64,000 nucleotides of DNA from an uncultured Trueperaceae bacterium (GTDB lineage Bacteria > Deinococcota > Deinococci > Deinococcales > Trueperaceae). Below the pieces are notes generated by a model. It was given only the letters and a program-made list of their open reading frames with translations. It ran no database searches and was not told the origin of the DNA. Position numbers and translations under genes: made by a program. The stretch spans positions 493,154-557,153 of the forward strand of contig CAVSJH010000001.1 of assembly GCA_963728245.1 (NCBI GenBank), written 5' to 3'. Below are positions 18,433-28,442 of the stretch, one piece after another. Position 1 is the first letter of the stretch. Every line of letters starts with the position of its first letter.

Positions 18433-19019
18433 GCACCATCAACTTCGCCGCACGCGAGATCAACTTCAAGGTCGTCTACTACGGGCCCGGTCTCTCGGGC
18501 AAGACCACCAACCTCAAGCAGATCCATGCGCACGTGCCGGGCGAAGCCAAAGGCGAGATGGTGTCGCTCCAGACCGAGGACGAACGGACCCTGTTCTTCG
18601 ACTTCCTGCCGCTCGACCTCGGGAAGGTCAACGGCTTCAAGACGCGCTTCCACCTCTACACCGTGCCCGGCCAGGTCTTCTACAACGCCAGCCGGCGCCT
18701 CATCCTCAGGGGCGTCGACGGGGTGGTGTTCGTGGCCGACTCGGCGCCCAACCGCTTGCGTGCCAACGCCGAGTCGCTGCGCAACCTGCGCGAGAACCTC
18801 GCGGAGTACGACCTCTCGCTCGGCGAACTGCCGTACGTGATCCAAGTCAACAAGCGCGACCTGCCCGACGCCCTGCCGCTCGACATGCTGCGCACGGTGC
18901 TCGACCCGGGCGGTCAGGTCCCCGTGTTCGAAGCGGTGGCCCAGGACTTCAAGGGTGTCGTCGAATCGCTCAAGGCGGTCTCCAAGCTGGTGCTCGAGAA
19001 GCTGGCCCAGAAAGCCTGA
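18429..19019 (+). CDS. mglA: Ras-like polarity GTPase MglA
   Basis: 196-aa ORF with P-loop [21 protein letters not shown] and NKRD. The N-terminus [20 protein letters not shown] is typical of MglA. Confidence 0.92.
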   Translation: MSTINFAAREINFKVVYYGPGLSGKTTNLKQIHAHVPGEAKGEMVSLQTEDERTLFFDFLPLDLGKVNGFKTRFHLYTVPGQVFYNASRRLILRGVDGVVFVADSAPNRLRANAESLRNLRENLAEYDLSLGELPYVIQVNKRDLPDALPLDMLRTVLDPGGQVPVFEAVAQDFKGVVESLKAVSKLVLEKLAQKA

Positions 19020-19060
19020 ACGCTCGCCCCAGACGGGATTCTCGCGCCCAGTGCACGTGG

Positions 19061-19066
19061 TAGCCT
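19061..19066 (+). promoter_or_regulatory. -10 box (TAGCCT, preceded by TGG) 6 nt upstream of the gcvT ATG (leaderless candidate)
   Basis: CACGTGGTAGCCT-cggcgc-ATG. No SD. Only 53 nt separate mglA and gcvT. Confidence 0.45.
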
Positions 19067-19072
19067 CGGCGC

Positions 19073-20158
19073 ATGAAACGCACCCCGCTGCACGACGAAC
19101 ACGTCGCCCTCGGCGCGAGGATGGTCGAGTTCGCCGGCTGGTCGATGCCCATCCAGTACCCCACGGGCATCCAGCAAGAGCACCTGGCGGTCCGCCACGA
19201 CACCGGTCTGTTCGACGTGAGCCACATGGGACGGCTGCGCGTTCATGGCGCCGACGCGACCACCTTCCTGTCGTGGGCGACGCTCAACGATCCCACCCGC
19301 CTGAAGGCCGGAAGGGGGCAGTACACCCTCCTGCCCAACGACCACGGGGGCCTGATCGACGACCTCTACGTCTATCGCGACGGTGAGGACGACTTCCTCG
19401 TGGTCGCGAACGCCTCGAACGTCGACGCCGTCCTCGCCCACCTTCGCGCGCTGGCGGCGGCGGGTGCACCCGCGCACGACGGCGCCTTCGACGTCGCCGT
19501 GCTCGACGAGTCCGAGGCCTCGGCCCTGATCGCGATCCAAGGCCCCACCGCGGCCGTGCGGTTGGGGCGGATGGTGGCCGCCGACCTGACCGAGCTCAAG
19601 AAGAACCGCCTCGTCGACACGACGCTGTCGGGCATGCCGATCCGACTCGCCCGCACGGGCTACACCGGTGAGGACGGCTTCGAGGCGTTCGTGCGCCCGG
19701 TCGACGCGGCGGGCGTGTGGTCGCTGCTCGTCGAGGCCGGCGCGGTCCCGTGCGGTCTCGCGGCGCGCGACACGCTGCGGCTCGAAGCCGGCTTCCCGCT
19801 CTACGGCCACGAGTTCGGGCCGGACACCAACCCGCTGTGCACGCCCTTCGCCTGGGTGGTCAAGGACAAGCCCGCCTACGGGTTGGAAGCGCTGCGCGAG
19901 GCGCCCTGCACGCGCCGCCTGGTGGGCATCCTGCTCGACGGTCGCCCGATCCCACGCGAGGGGTACGCGGTCCTGGACGAGGCCGGCGAGCGCATCGGCC
20001 AGGTCACCTCGGGCACCCTGTCACCCTTGACCCGGCGCAGCATCGCGTTCGCCTGGGTCGACGCCGACCACGCCGCCCCGGGTGCTCGCCTCGCGGTCGA
20101 GGTGCGCGGCCAACCCGCGCCCGGAACCGTCACCGAGCCGCCCTTTCACACCCCCTGA
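19073..20158 (+). CDS. gcvT: glycine cleavage system aminomethyltransferase T
   Basis: 361-aa ORF with N-terminus MKRTPLHDEHVALGARMVEFAGWSMPIQY and context with gcvH/gcvP. Confidence 0.95.
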   Translation: MKRTPLHDEHVALGARMVEFAGWSMPIQYPTGIQQEHLAVRHDTGLFDVSHMGRLRVHGADATTFLSWATLNDPTRLKAGRGQYTLLPNDHGGLIDDLYVYRDGEDDFLVVANASNVDAVLAHLRALAAAGAPAHDGAFDVAVLDESEASALIAIQGPTAAVRLGRMVAADLTELKKNRLVDTTLSGMPIRLARTGYTGEDGFEAFVRPVDAAGVWSLLVEAGAVPCGLAARDTLRLEAGFPLYGHEFGPDTNPLCTPFAWVVKDKPAYGLEALREAPCTRRLVGILLDGRPIPREGYAVLDEAGERIGQVTSGTLSPLTRRSIAFAWVDADHAAPGARLAVEVRGQPAPGTVTEPPFHTP

Positions 20159-20189
20159 CGCCCTGTACGCTGAAGGCGAGGAGACCTCG

Positions 20190-20579
20190 ATGGACATCCC
20201 CGACACGCTGCGTTACACCCGGTCGCACGAATGGGCCACCTCCCCCGACGCCGACGGCCTGGTGACCGTGGGCATCAGCGATTTCGCCCAAGACCAGCTC
20301 GGCGACGTCGTCTTCGTGGAGCTTCCCGACGTCGGCAAGCGGCTCGAGGCCGGTGGCCCGGCCGCGGTCGTGGAGTCCGTGAAGACCGCGTCCGACATCT
20401 ACGCGCCCGTGGCGGGCGAGGTGGTCGCGGTGAACGACGCCCTCGTCGACGCGCCCGAAGCGATCAACACCGACGCCTACGGCGCTGGCTGGCTGTTCCG
20501 GTTGCGGGCCGCCGACCGCGGCGCCTGGGACGGTCTCCTCGATGCGGACGGGTACCGCGCGGTGGCCGAGGAGGGCTGA
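20190..20579 (+). CDS. gcvH: glycine cleavage system protein H
   Basis: 129 aa from ATG 20190, with the lipoyl-lysine motif VESVKTASDIYAPV. Confidence 0.95.
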   Translation: MDIPDTLRYTRSHEWATSPDADGLVTVGISDFAQDQLGDVVFVELPDVGKRLEAGGPAAVVESVKTASDIYAPVAGEVVAVNDALVDAPEAINTDAYGAGWLFRLRAADRGAWDGLLDADGYRAVAEEG

Positions 20580-20581
20580 AC

Positions 20582-21931
20582 GTGCCCTACGTACCGCACA
20601 CCGACGACGACGTTCGCCGCGCGCTCGAGGTGATCGGGGTCGAGACGATCGACGACCTGTTCCGCGACGTGCCCGCCGCGATCCTCGATCCCGAGATCGA
20701 CCTGCCTGCACCCATGGACGAGGTCACGTTGTTGGCCCACCTCGACGCTTTGGCCGCGCGCGATCAGCAGAAGGTGCCCACGTTCCTGGGAGGCGGCGTC
20801 CGTCCGCACTTCATCCCGTCGGTCACGCCGCGGCTCGCCCTCCAGAGCGAGTTCGTCACCGCCTACACCCCGTACCAACCCGAGGTCGCGCAGGGGGTGC
20901 TGCAGAGCACGTTCGAGTTCCAGACGATGATGAGCGAGCTGACCGGCTTGCCGATCTCGAACGCGTCGATGTACGACGGCGCGTCGTCGGTGGCCGAGGC
21001 CGCCCTGCTCGCGGTCCGCCAGACGAAGCGCGAGGCCGTGGCCGTCTCCCGCGGGGTCCACCCGGAGACGCGCGAGGTCCTGCGCACGTACCTGTGGCCG
21101 CTCGGGATCGACATCGAGACGTTCGACCTCCAGGACGACCTGACCAGCCCCGTGCCCGTGGTGGGCGATCACCTGGCCGCGCTCATCGTGCAGAACCCCA
21201 ACCATCTCGGGTACCTCGAGGCCATGCCCGCCATGGCGGACGCGGCCCACGCGGCAGGTGCACTCCTCATCGCCGCCGTCGACCCGCTGTCGCTGGCCGT
21301 GGTGCGCGACCCGGGCAGCTACGGCGCCGACGTCGCCGTGGGTGACGGCCAGGTCCTCGGCGTGCCCATGCAGTTCGGTGGTCCGGCGTTCGGGTTCATG
21401 GTCGTGACCGAGGCACTCTTGCGGCAGCTGCCGGGGCGCCTTGTGGGCCAGACCACCGACGTCGACGGTCGCCGCGCCTTCGTGCTGACCCTGCAGGCGC
21501 GCGAGCAGCACATCCGGCGCAGCAAGGCGAAATCGAACATCTGCTCGAACCACCAGCTCGCCGCCCTCCTGGCGACCGTCAACCTGGCCGCGGTCGGACC
21601 CCAGGGCCTGCGCGACATGGCCGAAGGCAGCGTGCGCCGCGCCCATCAGGTCGCCGACGCCCTCGCGTCCCGAGGTGCACGGGTCGACCGGTCCGCACGG
21701 TTCTTCAACGAGTTCGTCGTCCGCACCTCCGCGCCGGGCGAGACGGTACGGCGACGGCTCGCGGAGCGCGGCTTGCGGGCCGGCGTGCCGCTGGGCGAGG
21801 AGTACGGCCTCGGCCACGCGGTCACGCTCAGCGCCACGGAGCTCACCACCGACGCCGACGTCACGGCCCTCGTCGACGCGTTCGTCGCGATCGGCGAGGG
21901 GACCGGACGCCCCCAGGAGCTGGTCTCGTGA
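20582..21931 (+). CDS. gcvPA: glycine dehydrogenase (decarboxylating) subunit 1
   Basis: GTG 20582 follows GAGGAG. N-terminus VPYVPHTDDDVRRALEVIG. In frame with ORF 20231..21931. Confidence 0.93.
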   Translation: MPYVPHTDDDVRRALEVIGVETIDDLFRDVPAAILDPEIDLPAPMDEVTLLAHLDALAARDQQKVPTFLGGGVRPHFIPSVTPRLALQSEFVTAYTPYQPEVAQGVLQSTFEFQTMMSELTGLPISNASMYDGASSVAEAALLAVRQTKREAVAVSRGVHPETREVLRTYLWPLGIDIETFDLQDDLTSPVPVVGDHLAALIVQNPNHLGYLEAMPAMADAAHAAGALLIAAVDPLSLAVVRDPGSYGADVAVGDGQVLGVPMQFGGPAFGFMVVTEALLRQLPGRLVGQTTDVDGRRAFVLTLQAREQHIRRSKAKSNICSNHQLAALLATVNLAAVGPQGLRDMAEGSVRRAHQVADALASRGARVDRSARFFNEFVVRTSAPGETVRRRLAERGLRAGVPLGEEYGLGHAVTLSATELTTDADVTALVDAFVAIGEGTGRPQELVS

Positions 21932-23394
21932 ACGTCGCCGATCGCTTCCGCAGCCAGGACTTCCCCCTGATCTTCGAGCGCGGGCGGCCCGGCCGCCGCG
22001 CCGCACGACCCCCGGTCACCGAGGGCGAGAGCATGGCGTCGCTGCTCGGTGAGGAGCACGTGCGCGAGCGGGCGCCGCGCCTTCCCGAGGTGGCCGAGCT
22101 CGACCTCGTCCGTCACTACACCCAGCTCGCCCATCGGCAGTTCTCGATCGACGGCAACGTCTACCCGCTCGGCAGCTGCACGATGAAGTACAACCCGAAG
22201 GTCCACGAGGACGCCGCCGAACGGTTCCTCGACCTGCACCCGTACCAGGATCCCGATCACGCCCAGGGCATCCTCGAACTGCTCCACCGCCTGCAGGAGG
22301 ACCTGTGTGCGGTCACCGGCATGGCGGCGGTGAGCCTGCAACCGGCCGCCGGCGCGCACGGCGAGCTCACCGGCATGCTCATGATCCGCGCGTACCACGA
22401 CGCCAACGGCGAGGGTGAGCGCCGACGCGTGGTGCTCTGCCCCGACGGCGCCCACGGGACCAACCCGGCGACCGCCGCCATGGCGGGCTACGACGTGGTC
22501 GAGGTGCCCACGGGCCCCGATGGGGAAGTCGACCTCGCCGCCTTCCGCGCCGCGCTCGGTCCCGACACGGCCGCCGTCATGCTCACGAACCCCAACACCC
22601 TGGGGATCTTCGAGACCCGCATCCTGGAGATCGCCGAGGCCGCCCACGAGGTGGGCGCGCAGCTCTATTACGACGGGGCCAACCTCAACGCCATCGTCGG
22701 TCGGGCGCGACCCGGCGACATGGGGTTCGACGTCGTGCACCTCAACCTGCACAAGACGATGACGACACCCCACGGCGGCGGCGGGCCCGGCACCGGTCCG
22801 GTGGGCGTGCGGGCGCACCTGGCCCCGTACCTACCGGTCCCGCTCGTCGCGCGCGAGGGCGACCGGTTCGTGCTCGACGACCACCGCCCGGCCTCGATCG
22901 GCCGCATGCGCAGCTACTACGGCAACGTCGGCAACCTCGTCCGCGCCTACGCCTACCTGCGGACCTTGGGCACCGAGGGTCTGCGCCGCGTGAGCAGCAT
23001 GGCGGTCCTGAACGCCAACTACTTGCGCGTGCGCATGCGAGAGGCGGGGTTCGACCTCGCCTTCGATCGGATCAACATGCACGAGTTCGTCGCGCGCCCG
23101 CCAGCCGGTGTGCGCACGCTCGACGTCGCCAAGGCGTTGCTCGACTACGGTCTTCACCCGATGACGGTGTACTTCCCGCTCGTCGTCCGCGAAGCGATGA
23201 TGGTCGAGCCGACCGAGACCGAGTCGCTCGAGACGCTCGACGCCTACGCGGCGGTGCTCGGTGAGATCCTCGAGCGCGCGGCCGCCGATCCCGATTACCT
23301 GGCCCAGGCGCCGGTGACCACGCCGGTGCGGCGGCTCGACGAGGTGGCCGCAGCCCGCAAGCCGGTGCTCAAGCACCGCTTCCCCGCCGAGTGA
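21928..23394 (+). CDS. gcvPB: glycine dehydrogenase (decarboxylating) subunit 2
   Basis: 488-aa ORF whose GTG overlaps the gcvPA stop (GTGA). PLP-lysine region HLNLHKTMTTPHGGGGPG. Confidence 0.95.
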   Translation: MNVADRFRSQDFPLIFERGRPGRRAARPPVTEGESMASLLGEEHVRERAPRLPEVAELDLVRHYTQLAHRQFSIDGNVYPLGSCTMKYNPKVHEDAAERFLDLHPYQDPDHAQGILELLHRLQEDLCAVTGMAAVSLQPAAGAHGELTGMLMIRAYHDANGEGERRRVVLCPDGAHGTNPATAAMAGYDVVEVPTGPDGEVDLAAFRAALGPDTAAVMLTNPNTLGIFETRILEIAEAAHEVGAQLYYDGANLNAIVGRARPGDMGFDVVHLNLHKTMTTPHGGGGPGTGPVGVRAHLAPYLPVPLVAREGDRFVLDDHRPASIGRMRSYYGNVGNLVRAYAYLRTLGTEGLRRVSSMAVLNANYLRVRMREAGFDLAFDRINMHEFVARPPAGVRTLDVAKALLDYGLHPMTVYFPLVVREAMMVEPTETESLETLDAYAAVLGEILERAAADPDYLAQAPVTTPVRRLDEVAAARKPVLKHRFPAE

Positions 23395-23436
23395 CACCGA
23401 AGTCCGGCTGGCGCCGGGCGGGTGCCGACCACGAGA

Positions 23437-23470
23437 CGCGCCGTCCCCCCGGATTCGGGGGGACGGCGCG
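23437..23470. terminator. bidirectional GC hairpin between convergent gcvPB and iscA-like genes
   Basis: CGCGCCGTCCCCCC-GGATTC-GGGGGGACGGCGCG: a 14-bp perfect stem. Confidence 0.7.
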
Positions 23471-23523
23471 GTCGTTCAGGGGTCGTGGCGATCGAGACGG
23501 CGCCCACGTGGGCGCGAGCGGCG

Positions 23524-23958
23524 TCAGGACGAGCAGCTGACCTGCCCCTCGCCGTCCGGGGCGGCTCGACCGTCGGTCCGGAAGCTGCTGCCGCAGCCGC
23601 ACGCGCTGGTCGCGTTCGGGTTCGTGACCTGGAACCCGCCACCCATCATGTTCTCGACGTAGTCGATCTCGCTGCCCCGCAACAGCGACCAGCTCTTGGG
23701 GTCGACGACGACGAGCGCGCCGCCGTCCTCGAACACCCGGTCGCCGTCGAGTCGCTTGTCGTCGATCGCCATGCCGTAGCTGTAACCCGAACATCCGCCC
23801 GACTTCACGTACACGCGGACGGCGGCGCCCGCCGGCTGGGCGGCGAGGAGCTCGACGGCCTTGGTCGCGCCCGCCGGGCTGAAGGTGATGCGTTCTTGGG
23901 TGTCGGTCACGCTACGGGCCGGGATCGCGGCCGTTGCACCGGTGGTGGGGGTCGACAT
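23524..23958 (-). CDS. Fe-S cluster insertion protein, IscA/ErpA/HesB family
   Basis: ATG 23958 preceded by [20 protein letters not shown] and C-terminal CGCGSSF are present. About 18 extra residues follow the usual C-terminus. Confidence 0.88.
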   Translation of the reverse strand: MSTPTTGATAAIPARSVTDTQERITFSPAGATKAVELLAAQPAGAAVRVYVKSGGCSGYSYGMAIDDKRLDGDRVFEDGGALVVVDPKSWSLLRGSEIDYVENMMGGGFQVTNPNATSACGCGSSFRTDGRAAPDGEGQVSCSS

Positions 23959-24101
23959 GGGGGCCTCCAAGAGAATCCCGAGTGGCTCTGTACGGATGGT
24001 ACCGCACGACGAACGCCGGGTCACCCTCGGGGACGACCGCCAAGGCGGGCGGCGACCGACGGCGCCGTCGCGGCGACGGGGCGGTCGGCTCTCGGACGAG
24101 G

Positions 24102-24131
24102 GCGCGGCCCCCGACGTTCCGGGGGCCGCGC
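24102..24131 (-). terminator. GC hairpin downstream of tRNA-Trp
   Basis: GCGCGGCCCCC-GACGTTCC-GGGGGCCGCGC (11-bp stem), 26 nt past the tRNA 3' end. Confidence 0.5.
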
Positions 24132-24156
24132 TTCGTTCCGATCGCGAGCGAGCGTG

Positions 24157-24232
<76 letters not shown>

Positions 24233-24267
24233 GTGCCGCCCCTGCCGGCTGACGCCGACGGTCGACG

Positions 24268-24296
24268 ACTGTACCACGACCCCTCGCGGCTGCCAA
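24268..24296 (-). promoter_or_regulatory. candidate promoter of tRNA-Trp
   Basis: Minus strand: TTGGCA, 17-nt spacer, TACAGT (preceded by GTGG), about 36 nt upstream of the tRNA 5' end. Confidence 0.5.
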
Positions 24297-24402
24297 GGCG
24301 CCGCGCAGGGGTCGCCGCGAGCGCGCCGAACGCCGTGACCGCCGCGGTGGGAAGGTGGCCCCACCCTACGGAAACGGTTCGGCGGCGTGGTACCCTCCAG
24401 GC

Positions 24403-25830
24403 GTGAAACGCGTCTCCAACGCAGGCGGTCGCGGCTCTCGACGCTTCACGATGCCGCGACTTCCCGTGGTGCTCGCGATCGTCGCGTGGGTGGCGATCGG
24501 CCTGTGGGCCGTTCCCCCGACGCGTGCGCAGAACGCCACGGCGACCGATGCCGTCTGGATCTTGCCCATCGAGACCGAGATCACCGCGGCGACCGCTGCC
24601 TTCGTGCGGGACCGCATCGAGCGTGCGAACCGGGAGCGGCCGCTCGCGCTCGTGATCTACCTCGACACGCCGGGTGGTCAGGTCACCGCGATGCAGCGCA
24701 TCGTGGCCGACATCCTCGATCGCGTGGAGGTCCCCACCCTCGCCGTCGTGCGCAACGCCTTCTCGGCCGGCGCGCTCATCGCCATGGCGGCCGAGCAGGT
24801 CGCCATGCTCCCCGGCTCCTCCATCGGCGCCGCCACCCCGATCGTGGCCACGCCCACCGGCATCGCCCCGGTCGACGAGAAGTTCAACTCGGCGTTGCGC
24901 GGCGAGTTCCGCTCGGTGGCCGAGGCGCGCGGTCGCGATCCGCTCATCGCCGAGGCGATGGTCGACGCTCGCATCGAGGTGCCGGGGCTGGCCACGAACG
25001 AGGAACTGGTCACGCTCACCGCCGCCGAGGCCGTCGAATACGGGATCGCCGACATCGAGGTGAGCACGCTGCCCGAGGCGCTCGAACGCTTCGGCTACGG
25101 CGGTGCGCGCGTCGAGCGGCTCGAGCCCAACCTCACCGAGCGCGTCGGCACGTGGCTCGCCAACCCGATCGTCATCGCCCTCCTCCTCGTGCTCGGCGTG
25201 GGCGGGCTGGTACTCGAGTTCTTCAGCCCCGGTTTCGGCGTCCCCGGCGGCATCGGGATCCTCGCCCTGGCGCTGCTCGGGCTGACGGCCGTGGTGGCCA
25301 CGCCGGCCGGACCGCTCGACCTGGCGCTGATCCTGTTGGGCGTCGTGCTGCTGGCGATCGAGGCGTTGGTGTTACCAGGTTTCGGGGTCGCCGGGATCCT
25401 CGGTTTCGGCGTGCTGCTGTTCGCCCTCTTCCGCGTGTTCCAGGAGAGCTGGTTGACGGTGCTCGGTGCCAGCACGATCTTCGCGGGTCTGATGCTGGCG
25501 AGCCTGCTCTGGATCTTCCCGTTCAGCCGAGCCGCGTCGCGCTTCCGCCTGGCGACCCGGATCGGTCGGAGCGTCGACGCGTTGCCGGTCGTTCCCGGCA
25601 CGGTCGACGAGCGCGCCGACTTGGTCGGTGCGCACGGCCTCGCCCTCACCAACCTGCGCCCGGCCGGCTTGGGGCGCTTCGGCGACGATCGCGTCGACGT
25701 GGTGACCTTGGGTGACTACGTGCCCGCAGGAACCGCCATCGAGGTCCTCCGGGTCGAAGGCAACCGCGTGACCGTTCGAGCCCTGGAACCCGTCTCACCG
25801 CTCGACCCGGCCCCGGTCGAACCCGCTTGA
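24403..25830 (+). CDS. nfeD: NfeD-family membrane-bound serine protease
   Basis: In ORF 24355..25830. GTG 24403 lies 6 nt after TGGTACCCT; ATG 24451 is an alternative. It has a signal/TM segment, a ClpP-class core (VIYLDTPGGQVTAMQ), four or more TM segments and a C-terminal OB-like domain. Directly upstream of floA. Confidence 0.85.
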   Translation: MKRVSNAGGRGSRRFTMPRLPVVLAIVAWVAIGLWAVPPTRAQNATATDAVWILPIETEITAATAAFVRDRIERANRERPLALVIYLDTPGGQVTAMQRIVADILDRVEVPTLAVVRNAFSAGALIAMAAEQVAMLPGSSIGAATPIVATPTGIAPVDEKFNSALRGEFRSVAEARGRDPLIAEAMVDARIEVPGLATNEELVTLTAAEAVEYGIADIEVSTLPEALERFGYGGARVERLEPNLTERVGTWLANPIVIALLLVLGVGGLVLEFFSPGFGVPGGIGILALALLGLTAVVATPAGPLDLALILLGVVLLAIEALVLPGFGVAGILGFGVLLFALFRVFQESWLTVLGASTIFAGLMLASLLWIFPFSRAASRFRLATRIGRSVDALPVVPGTVDERADLVGAHGLALTNLRPAGLGRFGDDRVDVVTLGDYVPAGTAIEVLRVEGNRVTVRALEPVSPLDPAPVEPA

Positions 25831-25853
25831 CCATCCCTGCTTAGGAGACCTAC

Positions 25854-26828
25854 GTGGACATCACCCTGCTGTTCTTCGCCGGCGCCATCATCCTCTTCTT
25901 CCTCATCTTGTTCACCGTCATCCCCGTCGGTCTGTGGGTGTCGGCGATCGCAGCCGGTGTGAAGGTCAGCCTCAGCAGCCTGGTGGCCATGCGTCTGAGA
26001 CGCGTCCCCCCGAACCGCATCATCCTGCCGCTCATCAAGGCGGACAAGGCGGGCATCGACGTCACGCAAGACCAGCTCGAGGCGCACTTCCTGGCCGGCG
26101 GCAACGTCGACCGGGTGGTCAACGCGCTGATCGCCGCGGACAAGGCGCGCATCAGCCTCCCCTTCGATCGTGCGGCCGCCATCGACCTGGCCGGCCGCGA
26201 CGTGCTCGACGCCGTCAAGGTGTCGGTGAACCCGCGCGTCATCCAGACGCCCAACGTCTCGGCGGTCGCCAAGGACGGTATCGAGCTCATCTCGACCGCC
26301 CGCGTCACCGTGCGCGCCAACCTCGAGCGCCTGGTCGGCGGTGCCGGCGAGGAGACGATCATCGCGCGCGTCGGCGAGGGCATCGTGTCGTCGATCGGCT
26401 CCACGGACACGCACAAGAAGGTGCTCGAGAACCCCGACCTGATCTCCAAGACGGTGCTCGCCAAGGGTCTGGACGCCGGCACCGCGTTCGAGATCCTGTC
26501 GATCGACATCGCCGACGTGAACGTCGGCCGCAACATCGGCGCGGAGCTCCAGACCGACCAGGCCGAGGCCGACAAGCGCGTCGCGCAGGCGAAGGCCGAG
26601 GAGCGGCGCGCCATGGCGGTCGCCGTCGAGCAGGAGAACCGCGCGCGCGTCGAGGAGATGCGCGCCAAGGTGGTCGAGGCCGAGGCCGAGGTCCCACTGG
26701 CGATCGCGAGCGCCTTCCGCGAAGGTCATATCGGCGTGATGGATTACTACAACCTGCGTAACATCGAGTCCGACACCTCGATGCGGGCCAACATCGCCCG
26801 CTCGACCGAGGGTGACGAGCGGAAGTGA
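25854..26828 (+). CDS. floA: flotillin-like protein FloA (UPF0365/YqfA, SPFH superfamily)
   Basis: 324-aa ORF with N-terminal hairpin TM followed by [27 protein letters not shown]..., typical of FloA. Confidence 0.92.
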   Translation: MDITLLFFAGAIILFFLILFTVIPVGLWVSAIAAGVKVSLSSLVAMRLRRVPPNRIILPLIKADKAGIDVTQDQLEAHFLAGGNVDRVVNALIAADKARISLPFDRAAAIDLAGRDVLDAVKVSVNPRVIQTPNVSAVAKDGIELISTARVTVRANLERLVGGAGEETIIARVGEGIVSSIGSTDTHKKVLENPDLISKTVLAKGLDAGTAFEILSIDIADVNVGRNIGAELQTDQAEADKRVAQAKAEERRAMAVAVEQENRARVEEMRAKVVEAEAEVPLAIASAFREGHIGVMDYYNLRNIESDTSMRANIARSTEGDERK

Positions 26829-26835
26829 GGGACGC

Positions 26836-27504
26836 TTGAGCTTCGACGATCTGCTGGCCCTGGTGCTGTTCGTGGCGTTCATCGCGCTGCCGGCGTTGAG
26901 CCGTTTGGCACGGTCGCGCGGCCGCTCCCAGGGCCCCGGCACCCCGACGGCCGGCGGTGGCCGCCCCACGTCGCCCCCTGCACCCGGGACCGGCGGATCG
27001 CGGTCGCAGCCCGACCCGACGGCCTCTCCCACGATGCGCAGCGACGCCGACGGCGAGCTCGAACGACGTCTGGCCGAAGCCCGGGCCCGGGTCCAACAGG
27101 CGATGCGAGGCCCCTCGTCGCAGGCGCCGACCCCGCCGGCGACGCGACCCACCACACCGGTGCTGCGGCCGCCGGCGACCGTGGCCGGGCGCACACCACG
27201 CCGGACCGGTCTCATGACGTCCTCCGATCGTGACGACGGCTTGCTCTCGACGCCGCTCGACGCGACCGCCGCAGCCTCGCTCGGCCGCGAGCGGCGCGAG
27301 GCCTCGCGCAAGCGGCTCGCGGACGCGCCCGCGCTCGAGATCGAGCGGGTGGTGGCGGTGGTGCCGGGTCGCGCGGGGTACCGCGGCCGTCTCGACACGG
27401 ACCCCCGGTCGCTCCTGCAGGGCATCGTTTGGCATCAGGTCCTCGGCGAACCCCGTTCCCGGGAACCTCTCGGAGGGACGACATCGACGCGTCGGTCACG
27501 CTGA
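26836..27504 (+). CDS. hypothetical membrane-anchored Pro/Arg/Thr-rich protein
   Basis: In ORF 26812..27504. TTG 26836 or ATG 26812 are possible starts. One N-terminal TM ([16 protein letters not shown]), then a largely low-complexity region. GC3 stays high throughout. No family recognised. Confidence 0.5.
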   Translation: MSFDDLLALVLFVAFIALPALSRLARSRGRSQGPGTPTAGGGRPTSPPAPGTGGSRSQPDPTASPTMRSDADGELERRLAEARARVQQAMRGPSSQAPTPPATRPTTPVLRPPATVAGRTPRRTGLMTSSDRDDGLLSTPLDATAAASLGRERREASRKRLADAPALEIERVVAVVPGRAGYRGRLDTDPRSLLQGIVWHQVLGEPRSREPLGGTTSTRRSR

Positions 27505-28442
27505 AGCTTCGCAACCCCGCCGAAGCCCTCGCCCTGTTCGGCCAGAACGACGCCCACCTGCGGGTCCTGCGACGCCGCCTCGTCGCGCGCGTGGTCGCCC
27601 GGGGCGACGAGGTGCGCCTGCTCGGTCCTCCCGAGGCGGTCGCCGAAGCGGAACGCACGTTCCTGGCGCTCTTGGCCACGATCCGCGCCGGCGGTTTGTT
27701 GTCGACGGTCGAGCTCGAGCACGGTGAGCTCGCCGGCCTCTCGTCACCGGCGTCGCCCGCCGGCGACGCGTCGGCCGGCGCCGCCACCGAAGCGCACGGG
27801 CCCACCTTGCCGGGGCGGGCGAAGCCGAAGACCGCCGGCCAGCGGCGCTACGTCGAGGCGATGCACAAGCACCCGATCACGTTCGCGATCGGACCGGCCG
27901 GCACGGGCAAGACGTACCTGGCGGTCGCGATGGCGGTGCAGGCGCTGACGACCAAACGCGTCAAGCGCTTGATCCTCACCCGACCCGCGGTCGAAGCCGG
28001 TGAGAAGCTGGGCTTCTTACCCGGCGACCTGCAGGCCAAGATCGACCCCTACCTGCGACCGCTCTACGACGCGCTGTACGACATGATGCCGCCCGACAAG
28101 GTCGACGCCCTGCTCGAACAGGGTGCGATCGAGGTGGCCCCGTTGGCGTTCATGCGCGGCCGCACGCTGAACGACGCCTTCATCATCCTCGACGAGGCCC
28201 AGAACACGACGGGCGAGCAGATGAAGATGTTCCTGACCCGGATGGGGTTCAACAGCACGGTCGTCGTCACCGGCGACCGGACCCAGGTCGACCTGCCCGG
28301 TAGCGTCGCTTCGGGCTTGAGCGTCGCCGAACGCATCCTGGCGGGCATCGACGGCATCGGCTTCGTGTCGTTCAGCGAGGCGGACGTGGTTCGCCACCCG
28401 CTGGTCGCGAGCATCATCCGCGCCTACGAGCAGCATGGCTGA
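27429..28442 (+). CDS. phoH: PhoH-like ATPase (start uncertain, see findings)
   Basis: 337-aa ORF from TTG 27429. Walker [19 protein letters not shown] and the N-terminal [12 protein letters not shown] motif typical of PhoH. Confidence 0.92.
   Translation: MASGPRRTPFPGTSRRDDIDASVTLKLRNPAEALALFGQNDAHLRVLRRRLVARVVARGDEVRLLGPPEAVAEAERTFLALLATIRAGGLLSTVELEHGELAGLSSPASPAGDASAGAATEAHGPTLPGRAKPKTAGQRRYVEAMHKHPITFAIGPAGTGKTYLAVAMAVQALTTKRVKRLILTRPAVEAGEKLGFLPGDLQAKIDPYLRPLYDALYDMMPPDKVDALLEQGAIEVAPLAFMRGRTLNDAFIILDEAQNTTGEQMKMFLTRMGFNSTVVVTGDRTQVDLPGSVASGLSVAERILAGIDGIGFVSFSEADVVRHPLVASIIRAYEQHG

Noticed and set aside
19020-19072. Expected a glycine riboswitch upstream of gcvT
   Set aside because: Only 53 nt separate the mglA stop from the gcvT ATG. 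A -10-like box sits 6 nt from the ATG, so there is no room for a riboswitch aptamer of about 100-200 nt.
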